Shown here: one piece after another, positions 1 to 9,213 of the stretch
Layout of the letters: each line of letters starts with the position of its first letter
Numbering within the stretch: position 1 is the first letter of the stretch
Origin: a virus
Lineage: Duplodnaviria; Caudoviricetes
Reading direction: 5' to 3' (one strand)
DNA length: 57,911 nucleotides
IMG/VR virus record: IMGVR_UViG_3300020161_003007
Span: 1-57,911 of that record
The notes under the pieces: generated by a model
What the model saw: the letters and a program-made list of their open reading frames with translations, nothing else
What the model was told of the DNA's origin: nothing
The model's database searches: none
Translations under genes and position numbers: made by a program

Positions 1-849
1 AGGATTGTATTCTACAAGATATTTTGTTGCATATGCTGACGTATTTCCATTTGCTGGAATAGATGTAAATAAATTTCCACTAACAGATATGTTTCCAGTA
101 ACAGTAAGATTTTGTGTGACTGTTACATTACCTGTGACTATTCCACCAACGTTTGCGTCTAATGAGTTATTGGCACGAATGAATGCTGCATTTGCATACT
201 GTCCAGTTGCGTTCTGTGACTGATACGCAGCGTTAGCGGCAGCAAAAGCACCATTAGCCGTGGCAAAAGCCGGTTCAATTTGTGGTGCTACATTATTAGC
301 TGAAGCAAAAGCTGCATTAGCAGTATTTCTTGCAACTTGATCTGAACCTGAGATTTGTGTTGGTGATTGCCCGCCAACAGAAACAGCCAAAGTACCATTT
401 TGATTGCTTAATACTAGACCGCCTAAGTCAATTGAGCCTGGCCCAACATAAAGAGAATGCCATCGATTAGCATCTGAACCAAGATAATAGGTATTAGTAG
501 TAGTTGGTAATAAATTTCCACTAATTTGACCGCCAGTATTTGCATTAAGAGAATTATTAGCACGAATGAAGGCAGCAGTAGCAGTATTTTGTGCATTAGT
601 AATATTGGTGTTTTGTGTTGCATTTACGCCAGCTTCATTGTTAGCTTTAGCAAAAGCTGCATTAGCAGTATCAAAAGCCAACGCATCTTGTTGTGATGCT
701 TCCTTTGCAAGTGCATAACCACCTGGTGTTACACCATCGTGAACAATAAGAGTTTTTTTATCTGTGTCAACGGTAACTTCAGCAATTGCACCAGTAAATG
801 CGGCTGTTTGTGCTGTGTTACCTCGTCTCCATTGAATTTGTGTAGGCAT
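1..849 (-). CDS. Tail fibre-like protein with Mtd-type N-terminal domain (3' end truncated by window edge; absent from ORF track)
   Basis: Manual translation from ATG at 849: MPTQIQWRRGNTAQTAAFTGAIAEVTVDTDKKTLIVHDG..., followed by ANAAF heptads. The frame stays open to position 1. Confidence 0.8.
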   Translation of the reverse strand, partial: MPTQIQWRRGNTAQTAAFTGAIAEVTVDTDKKTLIVHDGVTPGGYALAKEASQQDALAFDTANAAFAKANNEAGVNATQNTNITNAQNTATAAFIRANNSLNANTGGQISGNLLPTTTNTYYLGSDANRWHSLYVGPGSIDLGGLVLSNQNGTLAVSVGGQSPTQISGSDQVARNTANAAFASANNVAPQIEPAFATANGAFAAANAAYQSQNATGQYANAAFIRANNSLDANVGGIVTGNVTVTQNLTVTGNISVSGNLFTSIPANGNTSAYATKYLVEYNP

Positions 850-861
850 TTTTCTTTTTTC

Positions 862-1977
862 TTATGTTAAGTAACCAAAATCTTTTTGTAAGAGATAACC
901 TCTAGGTATAATAGGTTCATCTTTGCAGTCATATTGTATAGTTAAATTTTCTCCAAAAGCAGAAATTGATGAGGTTAAAAAACCCCAATTTGTGTCTGTT
1001 GGAAAATAATCTTGAGCATTACCTTCACCACTTCCACCTGTACCAGCATTTGCCGTATATTGACGACTGCCATCGCCAAACTGAATAAAACTATTTGAAA
1101 CAAAATTTGTAGCTGTTATTGCTCCTGCCACATTACCGCCATTATTTATGCTAAGTGAATTATTAGCTACAGTAAAAGCTGCATTGGCATGGTTATATGC
1201 ACTCTGAGAAAATACAGAAGATGAACCAGAATTAGCTGCTTCAAAAGCAGCATTAGCATGGTTATATGCTAAGTTTGCATATGCACCGGCCGAAGTAGCT
1301 GCCACTCTAGCCACGTTGTCAATTGCTGATCCACCAGAAATGGTGTTAGCGTAAGCAAATGCAGCATTAGCATGATTTCTTGCGTAAGTGTCTGTGCCGG
1401 CCGCACCGCCAGTATTTGCCGCAATAAAGGCCGCATTAGCATGATTAAAAGCTGCTGTAATCCTATTATTTTGAGTAACATTTACTGCATTGATAGCAGT
1501 AATACTATTGTTCTGGGTGGTGTTTACTCCATTAATACTGTTAGCAGAAGTAAATGCTGCATTGGCATGATTATATGCACTTTGACTAAATGCTGATGAC
1601 GAACCAGAATTTGCGGCATTAAATGCAGCATTAGCATGGTTGTAAGCTAGATTAGCATAGACACCAGCTGATGTAGCTGCCACTCTGGCAACATTATCAA
1701 TTGCTGATCCACCAGAAATGGTATTAGCATAAGAAAAGGCTGAGTTAGCATGATTAGCTGCATACTGAGTTAATGCTGAATCATTGTTTCCACTTATTGA
1801 AGCGGTTCTAACCTCAAAGTTTCCAGTATTAGCACTATAGACTAATATATCGCCTTCTTTGACACCCCCTAAGTTTACACCACTTAGGTCAGATATATCA
1901 ATTTTGGCCGAATAGTTCTGTGAAACAATTGACGGCCTAGTTGCTTGCCGTATCTTTACTATGCCTACCTTGGACAC
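862..1977 (-). CDS. Fibre-like virion protein with (H/Y)ANAAF coiled-coil repeats
   Basis: 371 aa; GTG start; many NHANAAF heptads; internal duplication of about 68 aa; IQFGDGSRQYTA motif. Confidence 0.7.
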   Translation of the reverse strand: MSKVGIVKIRQATRPSIVSQNYSAKIDISDLSGVNLGGVKEGDILVYSANTGNFEVRTASISGNNDSALTQYAANHANSAFSYANTISGGSAIDNVARVAATSAGVYANLAYNHANAAFNAANSGSSSAFSQSAYNHANAAFTSANSINGVNTTQNNSITAINAVNVTQNNRITAAFNHANAAFIAANTGGAAGTDTYARNHANAAFAYANTISGGSAIDNVARVAATSAGAYANLAYNHANAAFEAANSGSSSVFSQSAYNHANAAFTVANNSLSINNGGNVAGAITATNFVSNSFIQFGDGSRQYTANAGTGGSGEGNAQDYFPTDTNWGFLTSSISAFGENLTIQYDCKDEPIIPRGYLLQKDFGYLT

Positions 1978-1989
1978 TTTATTTCTTTT

Positions 1990-2184
1990 TTAAGGTAGAA
2001 TAGGGGTCAACTCAGGCATATTAAATTCACGATTAGTAGTATAGATTACTCTACCACCATATTGCACAACATGCTCATCAGCGCTCGAAAGACGAGCACA
2101 AAGGTTCATGGCAGCCGTTATTGGCAAATTTACTTCATAGAAACGATGAAATCCAGGGTACATTGCTAAAAGTTCATTATACAT
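1990..2184 (-). CDS. Hypothetical protein
   Basis: 64 aa ORF; AAGGA RBS upstream; fills the gap between co-oriented genes. Confidence 0.6.
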   Translation of the reverse strand: MYNELLAMYPGFHRFYEVNLPITAAMNLCARLSSADEHVVQYGGRVIYTTNREFNMPELTPILP

Positions 2185-2239
2185 TTGACTGTCCTTAAAA
2201 AAATAAAAAAAACAATAGTTCTTCTATTTATGCTATTTG

Positions 2240-4603
2240 TTAGTTCCAAAATTGTAATGGTTCAGACTTAACTCTAAACGCTGGATCAGCGGCAGAAAAT
2301 ACTCTGCCAGTTTTGGACATAATGCTAGCTATTTTACCTAAATTTGGTTGTAAGTTAAATACTGTTGATTGAAATTGATTTAATTTAAAAGGTTCAATTA
2401 AGTCTACTTTAAATACCCTTTGGTCATACTCTTTAGATACAGCATTTTTTATAACAACAATAGGTTTTGTTAATGTATTTGTATCAAATATTTTTTCTTC
2501 TAAAAATTTAGAAAAAGCATTTCGTACAACAAAACCTTTAGAGATAAAATTAGAATTGAATTTCTTAGTATCAAAATCTTTTGGAAAAACATCCTTTAAA
2601 GCAATATAGGCTTTGTTTAATTGAGGTAAAGTAGTATTTAAATTAAATACTTGAGTTTTTGTAAATGGTGTTTTAAAATTACCATAAGATACATCAAATA
2701 TTTTTTCATCTAAATCTTTTGAAAAAATATTTCTGGCAACAAAACCAGATTTTAATGTGCTAACTCTATACTTCTGTTCTTCCAAAGATTTTGGAAAAGC
2801 AGGTTTTAATCGAACTATTGGTTTTGTTAATTCAGTAACATTAAATCTATTTTGAGGAGTTGGAGTTGCAGCAAAACGGCTTCGACTAGAATATAAACCT
2901 GGTGCTATTATTGCATAATATAAATTTTCTCCTGGAGTTGTAGGAGCTGTAGTTGGGTAAACATTAGATTGAGCAATAAAATTACTTACGTTAAGTGTAT
3001 CAAGATAAACACGGTTGCTAAGTGGTGTTTTAACAATGAGTTTAGGATTGTTTAATACCGTTACAACTTTAGCTTCTAATGATTTAGGAAAAGCAGGTAC
3101 TGTAGGTAATAAAGCATTACTCCATGGCCTACGAGATTTATCCACTCGTTTGCCTGGCGCTATATTAAAATAATAGAAATTCTCTCGAGCATTTGTTGGT
3201 TCTAAAAGTGTAATGACTGTATTTTGCCTAACATTAGAAGTTATGACTCCTCTTGCATCCTTAATAACAGTTATTGTGAGTGGTTTAGACCACGGTGCTC
3301 TGGCTTTATCCGCTCTTTTACCTGGAGCTATTGTGAAGTAATAGAAATTTTCACGAGCATTGGTTGGCGAAACAAGTGTACTTACGGTATTTTGGCGAAC
3401 ATTAGAAGATATGTTTGCTTGTCTACCATTTAATGCTGCAATGTTGATGTAAGCCGGAAATGGTTTAGACCATATTGCTCTGGCTTGATCTGCTCTTTTA
3501 CCTGGAGCTATGGTAAAATAATAAAAATTTTCACGAGCATTGGTTGGTTCTAAACGTGTACTTACGGTATTTTGTCGAACATTGGAAGAAACATTAGCAA
3601 TTGTTGTTCCTAAAGAAAATACTTGTAATCTATCTGCTCCTTTTTTCCCAGAATAATTAACATTTGCGGAGGCATCAACCTTAATTATAACATTCGACAG
3701 TAGACTTAATGCTGGTTGAGACCAAATATCTCTAGCTTGATCTGCTCTTTTACCAGGAGCTATGGTAAAATAATAGAAATTCTCACGAGCATTGATTGGA
3801 GCTAATTTTGTGCTAACATTAGCTTGTGCTACATTTGAGGTTATATTTGCTTGTCTACTAAGAGAACGTATATCAATTAAACCTGGTGTTGTTCTAAAAA
3901 ATATATCTCTAGCTAGATCTTGGCGTTTACCAGGAGCTATGGTAAAGTAATAGAAGTTTTCACGAGCATTGGTTGGTGCAGTAGTTGTACTGACTGTATT
4001 TTGGCGAATATTAGAAGAAACATTAGCAATTGTTGTTTTTAAAGAAAAAATTCCATCAACTTTTACTTTATGAGAAGATTGTAATTTACCAAACAATCGA
4101 TTAGGTAAAGGAGTTCGCAAAACTGTAAAAGCTTTGTTTAATTGAGTAACTATTTTATTTAAAGAAAATACCTGTGTTTGAGCAATAGGTAATTTAAAAT
4201 CGCCATAAGAAACATCAAATACCTTTTCATCTAAATCTTTCGAAAAAGCATTTTTTACTACAAGACCCTTAGAAACTATATTTGATTTAAATAATGTGGA
4301 TTCATAAGTTTTTGGTAAAGCACTTCGAATAACATCTCTACGGTTTACATTACCTACTTTGCGGTTGTTTACTTCATAAGTTTTTGGTAAAGCACTTCGA
4401 ATAACATCTCTACGGTTTACATTACCTACTTTGCGGTTGTTTACTTCATTATTTTTTGGTAAAGGATTTTTTAATTGAAGGCTAGTTTTATTGGAAATAA
4501 AACTTTTGGTTACACTAAAACCAGTAAATGAATTAGCTGTATCTGTCCATTGTGCATTGTTATTGCCTACTGGACCTGGAGCGGGAAAAATTAAAGCTGG
4601 CAT
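2240..4603 (-). CDS. Basic repeat-rich hypothetical protein, probably virion-associated
   Basis: 787 aa; five NARENFYYF(T/N)IAPGKR repeats plus one degenerate copy; FSKDLDEKxFDV repeats; ends LQFWN; TAAATA just upstream. Confidence 0.7.
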   Translation of the reverse strand: MPALIFPAPGPVGNNNAQWTDTANSFTGFSVTKSFISNKTSLQLKNPLPKNNEVNNRKVGNVNRRDVIRSALPKTYEVNNRKVGNVNRRDVIRSALPKTYESTLFKSNIVSKGLVVKNAFSKDLDEKVFDVSYGDFKLPIAQTQVFSLNKIVTQLNKAFTVLRTPLPNRLFGKLQSSHKVKVDGIFSLKTTIANVSSNIRQNTVSTTTAPTNARENFYYFTIAPGKRQDLARDIFFRTTPGLIDIRSLSRQANITSNVAQANVSTKLAPINARENFYYFTIAPGKRADQARDIWSQPALSLLSNVIIKVDASANVNYSGKKGADRLQVFSLGTTIANVSSNVRQNTVSTRLEPTNARENFYYFTIAPGKRADQARAIWSKPFPAYINIAALNGRQANISSNVRQNTVSTLVSPTNARENFYYFTIAPGKRADKARAPWSKPLTITVIKDARGVITSNVRQNTVITLLEPTNARENFYYFNIAPGKRVDKSRRPWSNALLPTVPAFPKSLEAKVVTVLNNPKLIVKTPLSNRVYLDTLNVSNFIAQSNVYPTTAPTTPGENLYYAIIAPGLYSSRSRFAATPTPQNRFNVTELTKPIVRLKPAFPKSLEEQKYRVSTLKSGFVARNIFSKDLDEKIFDVSYGNFKTPFTKTQVFNLNTTLPQLNKAYIALKDVFPKDFDTKKFNSNFISKGFVVRNAFSKFLEEKIFDTNTLTKPIVVIKNAVSKEYDQRVFKVDLIEPFKLNQFQSTVFNLQPNLGKIASIMSKTGRVFSAADPAFRVKSEPLQFWN
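4301..4449. repeat. Exact 72-bp tandem duplication (24 aa, EVNNRKVGNVNRRDVIRSALPKTY x2)
   Basis: Identical units start at 4301 and 4373. Confidence 0.9.
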
Positions 4604-4636
4604 ATAGGCTATTTACCAAAAATTTTGTTTATTCCT

Positions 4637-4668
4637 AAAAAGAAATAGCCGTACTAGACGGCTATTTC
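4637..4668 (-). terminator. Intrinsic terminator after the 973-aa gene
   Basis: 11-bp stem GAAATAGCCGT/ACGGCTATTTC followed by a T run on the minus strand. Confidence 0.8.
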
Positions 4669-4694
4669 CAAACACTTCTAAGTTTAATTGCTGT

Positions 4695-7616
4695 TTAAGC
4701 AGGTATAGCGAATCGGAAGTTATTAGTAAATGCTGCCTGCGTATTAACTGCTTGAGGTCCAGTACCATCTTCCAAACTACGGTATGATTGAGTAATAGTT
4801 GTACCAAAGAATTGGAATCTTGTAGTGATAACTGTAGAAGTTAATACCCAATGATCAACAGCAGATTGAGTTGAATCATAGAAGAAATCACTATCAGAAG
4901 TAATGCTTACTGTATCCATTAAAGTACCAAGAGCACTTGGAATAACTTTCAATCCGTAAAATCTACCACGAATATCTGGATCATATGATGGTCCAAGAAC
5001 TACAACAGGACTAAACATAAATCTCTTACTGTTGTATACATTGGTTGCAACAGGTACAAGATGACCCAAATGAGGTTGAGGAATTGTATTAGCTGGATTA
5101 GTTGTCAGAATACCAGAAACTGGTGCGTTAGTTCCCTGATAAGCACCTGAACTACCAAGTTCATACAAATGCCCCCAGCGACCAGTTGTAATTGTACAAG
5201 CACTATAAACGTGTGCATTGTGATCAACTAGGTCACCAGCGGAGTTACGAGCTCTAGGTACAGCAAACACGCAACCATGTACCGGACTGTTTTGGAGAAC
5301 AGGGAAAGTTGGGAACAATTGAGCGCCAACCGGGAATCTGTTTCCGTTAATGTGAGCAAATGTTGGCCATGGACTTATTGCAGTTGTACCAGAAATATTG
5401 TTGTTTGCAGGCGATACTGAGAAGTTAATACCTGTAACACCAAGACCTGTCGAAGCATCTTCTGGTTGAGCTCTTTCAAACTCAACGCAACCTAACCAGT
5501 TTGATGGTATGTTAGCGAAAGATTTACCTTGTATAATAAAGTAACGAGGATTTCCAAAGAGATACAAGAAACCGCCAGAGGTTTGAGTTGTGGAAACAAT
5601 ATCGTTAGCGTTACTTGCTGGGCCAGGACCAGTAGAACCGTTAACTGTAACTGTTGTAAGTGTTTGTGAACCAGACACCGTATATGTTCCTGTGTTACCT
5701 GTACCAGTACCAAAGGCAGATACGTTACCAATCGCAGAACCCATAAAGGTACCAATTCTAATTTGGCCCGAGGTCATTGTGTTAACTGTTAATAATGTTG
5801 TCGATTGTGAAACTTGAGCAACAATACCACCTGATTGGTCAGCGATGTTAACACCAACACCGTTTGTAGCACCATAAGAACCTAGCCAACGCTCATAAAC
5901 TGGTAATGAGTAAGTTGCGTTAGCAGTTGTGATGACACCAGTATTAAACAATGGGAAGTATCTGAATCCCATGAACTTGCGGTCATTACTTGTGTTGCGT
6001 AGTAATGTGGTTGCCTCAGCTGATTTGTTTGGACAAGAATAAACGTACTCAATAAAGTCAGCACCAGCAATTGTAGCCGTTGTTAAGTTGCCTGGAGTAA
6101 AGAGTTTTGGTGGGTTAGCACCAACAGAAGATAATGTGTTTAAGAGTGGATTACCAAGTGTAAGGTTGTTACCAGCAACACCAGCAAGGTAAGTAAACAA
6201 TGGAACTGATCTGTATAAACTAACAGGACCAGTAACAGTAATTGGTAAGTTAACGGTCAATGTTGTGTTGTTACTGATTGCGTTAACCACTAAATGCTGG
6301 CCAGCAATAACAATCTCAGCACCAACATGAAGCTCTGTTGTAAAGAGTGTTGATTGACCGTTAACTTGTGTTACACCTGATGCACTCAATACGTTACCAG
6401 TCAATCGTGTTACCATGCCACCGCCACTTTGTACTTTAACGATGTTATTTAAAGTGAAACCAGTAGCAGAAGTAACTGTTACTAATGTTGTGCCTGCCGG
6501 AAATACTGTATTAGCAGTTGCGGTCATTGTGGACTCAATACCTAATTTACCGTTAGCGTGCTGAGTTGTGTTACCACTACCTTCACGAGATCCTTCTAGT
6601 ATCCAACCATGGAGTTTTCTTTTCTTGTAGATTGCAACACCACTAAGATTGCTTACAATTGGACGATTTAATCGAATAAGAGTATCTGATAGAATTTCGT
6701 TAACTGAATATTCAGAACCATCAACCATAATTTCTTCATTCACACGAAGTTCTGTTGTAAATGTGGTTCCTGTGCCAGTCAAAAATGTTTCTTTTACACG
6801 AATTGGCATACCTAGTACGCCTTGTGTCATTGCTGCTGCTGGTTGTCCTGTAAGTGGAGTAAGTGTACCAGTTGTTGCACCTGTTGGAGTAAATACTCGT
6901 AATTCATCTCCAATATAAACTTCTTCTCCTGAAATAATATCAACAGTAAAGTTAGTACCAGTACCAGTTACAGAAGCTGAACCGCCACTCACAGCAACAG
7001 TTCCTCTTGGAGCTACTCTATAGCGTAGTCCAGCATCTGTAAAGTCCATTGCTGCACCTAGGGTCATAGAGGTATTACTTGCAATAGCACTAATAACTCG
7101 GACACGACCATTAATAGTAATTGTTCTACCAGCTACTCCTGCTGTATTTGCAGCATCAAATGTAGCTTCAGTTAAAAAGAATGTTCCGTTACCTGTAACC
7201 GTTGCGGAACCGTTTGTAACAGACACAGTACCTGAAGTATTGCCAGACACGTTTGTTACATCTGCGGTACCTGTTAGAGTGTACTGAATAAATTTAACTG
7301 CACATGCGTCTGTTGGTGTTCTTGTCCAAGGTGCAGTAACAGTAAAAGAAGTGTCAGAAGCAACTGCCGCAACAGTACGAACTTGGCCGTAGATACTAAT
7401 TACATCACCTGCTCTTAATTGAGTAGTGAAAATTGTTCCAACACCCGTTACGGTTCCGGTGCCACCTGGATTAGTAATAGTGACATATCCTTGCAGCGTA
7501 TCATTTCTCAACCACTGGTCTACAAGTGCAAAAGTTGGCCATATATCGGCACCTGTTGCAAATGGACCGTAGGTAATAGATGCACTATTTCTACCTAATT
7601 CATTTAGTGTTGCCAT
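4695..7616 (-). CDS. Large Thr/Gly-rich virion structural protein with repeated beta modules
   Basis: 973 aa; about 5 VTGxGTxFTTEL-type modules; AGGAG RBS; tandem TAAATA upstream and its own terminator. Confidence 0.7.
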   Translation of the reverse strand: MATLNELGRNSASITYGPFATGADIWPTFALVDQWLRNDTLQGYVTITNPGGTGTVTGVGTIFTTQLRAGDVISIYGQVRTVAAVASDTSFTVTAPWTRTPTDACAVKFIQYTLTGTADVTNVSGNTSGTVSVTNGSATVTGNGTFFLTEATFDAANTAGVAGRTITINGRVRVISAIASNTSMTLGAAMDFTDAGLRYRVAPRGTVAVSGGSASVTGTGTNFTVDIISGEEVYIGDELRVFTPTGATTGTLTPLTGQPAAAMTQGVLGMPIRVKETFLTGTGTTFTTELRVNEEIMVDGSEYSVNEILSDTLIRLNRPIVSNLSGVAIYKKRKLHGWILEGSREGSGNTTQHANGKLGIESTMTATANTVFPAGTTLVTVTSATGFTLNNIVKVQSGGGMVTRLTGNVLSASGVTQVNGQSTLFTTELHVGAEIVIAGQHLVVNAISNNTTLTVNLPITVTGPVSLYRSVPLFTYLAGVAGNNLTLGNPLLNTLSSVGANPPKLFTPGNLTTATIAGADFIEYVYSCPNKSAEATTLLRNTSNDRKFMGFRYFPLFNTGVITTANATYSLPVYERWLGSYGATNGVGVNIADQSGGIVAQVSQSTTLLTVNTMTSGQIRIGTFMGSAIGNVSAFGTGTGNTGTYTVSGSQTLTTVTVNGSTGPGPASNANDIVSTTQTSGGFLYLFGNPRYFIIQGKSFANIPSNWLGCVEFERAQPEDASTGLGVTGINFSVSPANNNISGTTAISPWPTFAHINGNRFPVGAQLFPTFPVLQNSPVHGCVFAVPRARNSAGDLVDHNAHVYSACTITTGRWGHLYELGSSGAYQGTNAPVSGILTTNPANTIPQPHLGHLVPVATNVYNSKRFMFSPVVVLGPSYDPDIRGRFYGLKVIPSALGTLMDTVSITSDSDFFYDSTQSAVDHWVLTSTVITTRFQFFGTTITQSYRSLEDGTGPQAVNTQAAFTNNFRFAIPA

Positions 7617-7669
7617 TAATTATTCTCCTAGAACATGTACCGCAATTTTTGCGGATTTAGTTTGTATAT

Positions 7670-7703
7670 TATTTAGTTAAAGTTGTGGATTTCCGCTTAT
7701 TTA
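7670..7703 (-). promoter_or_regulatory. Tandem T4-type late promoters (ACTAAATAA x2)
   Basis: TAAATA at 7670-7675 and 7698-7703 in intergenic DNA; resembles the gp55-dependent TATAAATA. Confidence 0.55.
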
Positions 7704-7719
7704 GTATTTTAAACTATTA

Positions 7720-8733
7720 TCAAGTATTGAACAAGGTCATAGAAAAATTACTGCCTATTCCTTCTATGATACTAACTTTTATATAATCAGTAGTAATTAT
7801 TGCGTAGTCTAAATCACTATATTTGACTGTAAACTGACCCATAGGTAATGTAAAATATTGTAAAAGAACATCATTTTTATATAGGCCTGCGGTCAAATTT
7901 CTATCTACAGGACCTCCATTTGTTAAGCGAACTGAGCGAATGGTGTTTGTTGCTTCAGGTACAAATATGGCTTTACCTGGAACTGGCGCTGAAAAATCAC
8001 TTAGAACATTGAAAGTTTTAATTAAATTGCTACCTGAACCACCACCAGTATTTGCAGCATTAAATGCAGCATTAGCATGATTAAAAATTCTACCGCCATC
8101 AAAAGTAATTGACTTTGGATTGGCCAGCGTATTGCTAGTAATTGAAATACCATTAGATGCAACAAACGCAATTGTATCTAGGCCATTCGCAATTAGATCA
8201 TTTTGACCTGCAATCTTCCACGTTTTAAATGTGGAGTTCATGGCAATCTTTACATTGCCAGATCCTAAATTCGTTACATCAAAACCTGAGTTGGCATCAA
8301 AACGAATACCAGTTACAGCTGTTACTACATTTGTATAGTTATTTGAATCATCTGTGAGGCTTACGGTTAGTGGACTACCGCCGCCTCCAGATCCAGCATT
8401 TGCAGTATATTGCCGACTGCCATCACCAAACTGAATGTAATCTCTTGTAGCAACAGTATTCGCTGTTACATTACCAGTTCTAAAAAGACCTGTTGCTTTA
8501 TCAAATGTTAATCTTGGCGAAGAACCAAGGACACCAGAATCATTGAATTGGATTTCAGTATCTAAACCAGCTGGGCCTTCATACCTCTCAATAGTCTGGA
8601 TTGTATTAGAAGGGCCACCACGATAGAAAATTTTGCCATCATATGTGTTGATGGCAATTTCACCATTTGCTAGGCTAGTAGGAACATTCCCACTAATATA
8701 GGAATGCCGTAACTCAATGACTGTATTAGACAT
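7720..8733 (-). CDS. Tail fibre-like protein
   Basis: 337 aa; N-terminal PTSLANGEIAIN motif; IQFNDSG motif; HANAAF. Confidence 0.65.
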   Translation of the reverse strand: MSNTVIELRHSYISGNVPTSLANGEIAINTYDGKIFYRGGPSNTIQTIERYEGPAGLDTEIQFNDSGVLGSSPRLTFDKATGLFRTGNVTANTVATRDYIQFGDGSRQYTANAGSGGGGSPLTVSLTDDSNNYTNVVTAVTGIRFDANSGFDVTNLGSGNVKIAMNSTFKTWKIAGQNDLIANGLDTIAFVASNGISITSNTLANPKSITFDGGRIFNHANAAFNAANTGGGSGSNLIKTFNVLSDFSAPVPGKAIFVPEATNTIRSVRLTNGGPVDRNLTAGLYKNDVLLQYFTLPMGQFTVKYSDLDYAIITTDYIKVSIIEGIGSNFSMTLFNT

Positions 8734-9194
8734 TAGAACGAGCTGCCGTCATTTACCTTTATATTAAAAAGATCAGTAACTTTTTGCTCAACCTTCTTTT
8801 CTTCCACTTTTTCTGGATTTAACTTCTTTAATTTGGAAGGTGTGGCAATGTTTTCTAATTTTTCAACGTATTCTTTTAGATTAGTAATTTCTGTTTTTTT
8901 GTTTTCTAAATCTTTTTGAAGGGCTGTATTTTTCTTCATTATATCATTTAAAGCACCTTGCAACCTAGATTTTTCTTCGTGAGCAGAAGCATTTACCTCT
9001 GCTTTCATTTTGAATTCTTTTAATTCTTCATAAGTCTTAATCAACTCATTATATTTCTGTTCTACTTCTATTTTTGCTTTACCGGTATCTTCTGCTAATT
9101 TTAACTGAGTTTGAAATACAAAATTTTGCTTGATAATTGAAACTAAGTTATCAAGCAATATCTCCTGGTAAGCATTTGAAAATTCTACACTCAT
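8733..9194 (-). CDS. Coiled-coil hypothetical protein
   Basis: 153 aa, K/E-rich heptads; stop overlaps the next start. Confidence 0.7.
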   Translation of the reverse strand: MSVEFSNAYQEILLDNLVSIIKQNFVFQTQLKLAEDTGKAKIEVEQKYNELIKTYEELKEFKMKAEVNASAHEEKSRLQGALNDIMKKNTALQKDLENKKTEITNLKEYVEKLENIATPSKLKKLNPEKVEEKKVEQKVTDLFNIKVNDGSSF

Positions 9195-9213
9195 AACGAC
9201 CCCTTATCATTGT

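Noticed and set aside
1-1977. Diversity-generating retroelement, suggested by the Mtd-like N-terminus and duplicated segments
   Set aside because: There is no reverse transcriptase in the window. The duplicates are in-frame coding repeats with mostly synonymous differences, not adenine-specific TR/VR pairs.
2890-3990. CRISPR-like array of recurring DNA repeats
   Set aside because: The repeats are in frame within a long ORF, vary at third codon positions and are irregularly spaced by 168-252 nt.
4613-4807. 64-aa ORF in the track
   Set aside because: It overlaps the 973-aa gene out of frame and runs through its terminator.
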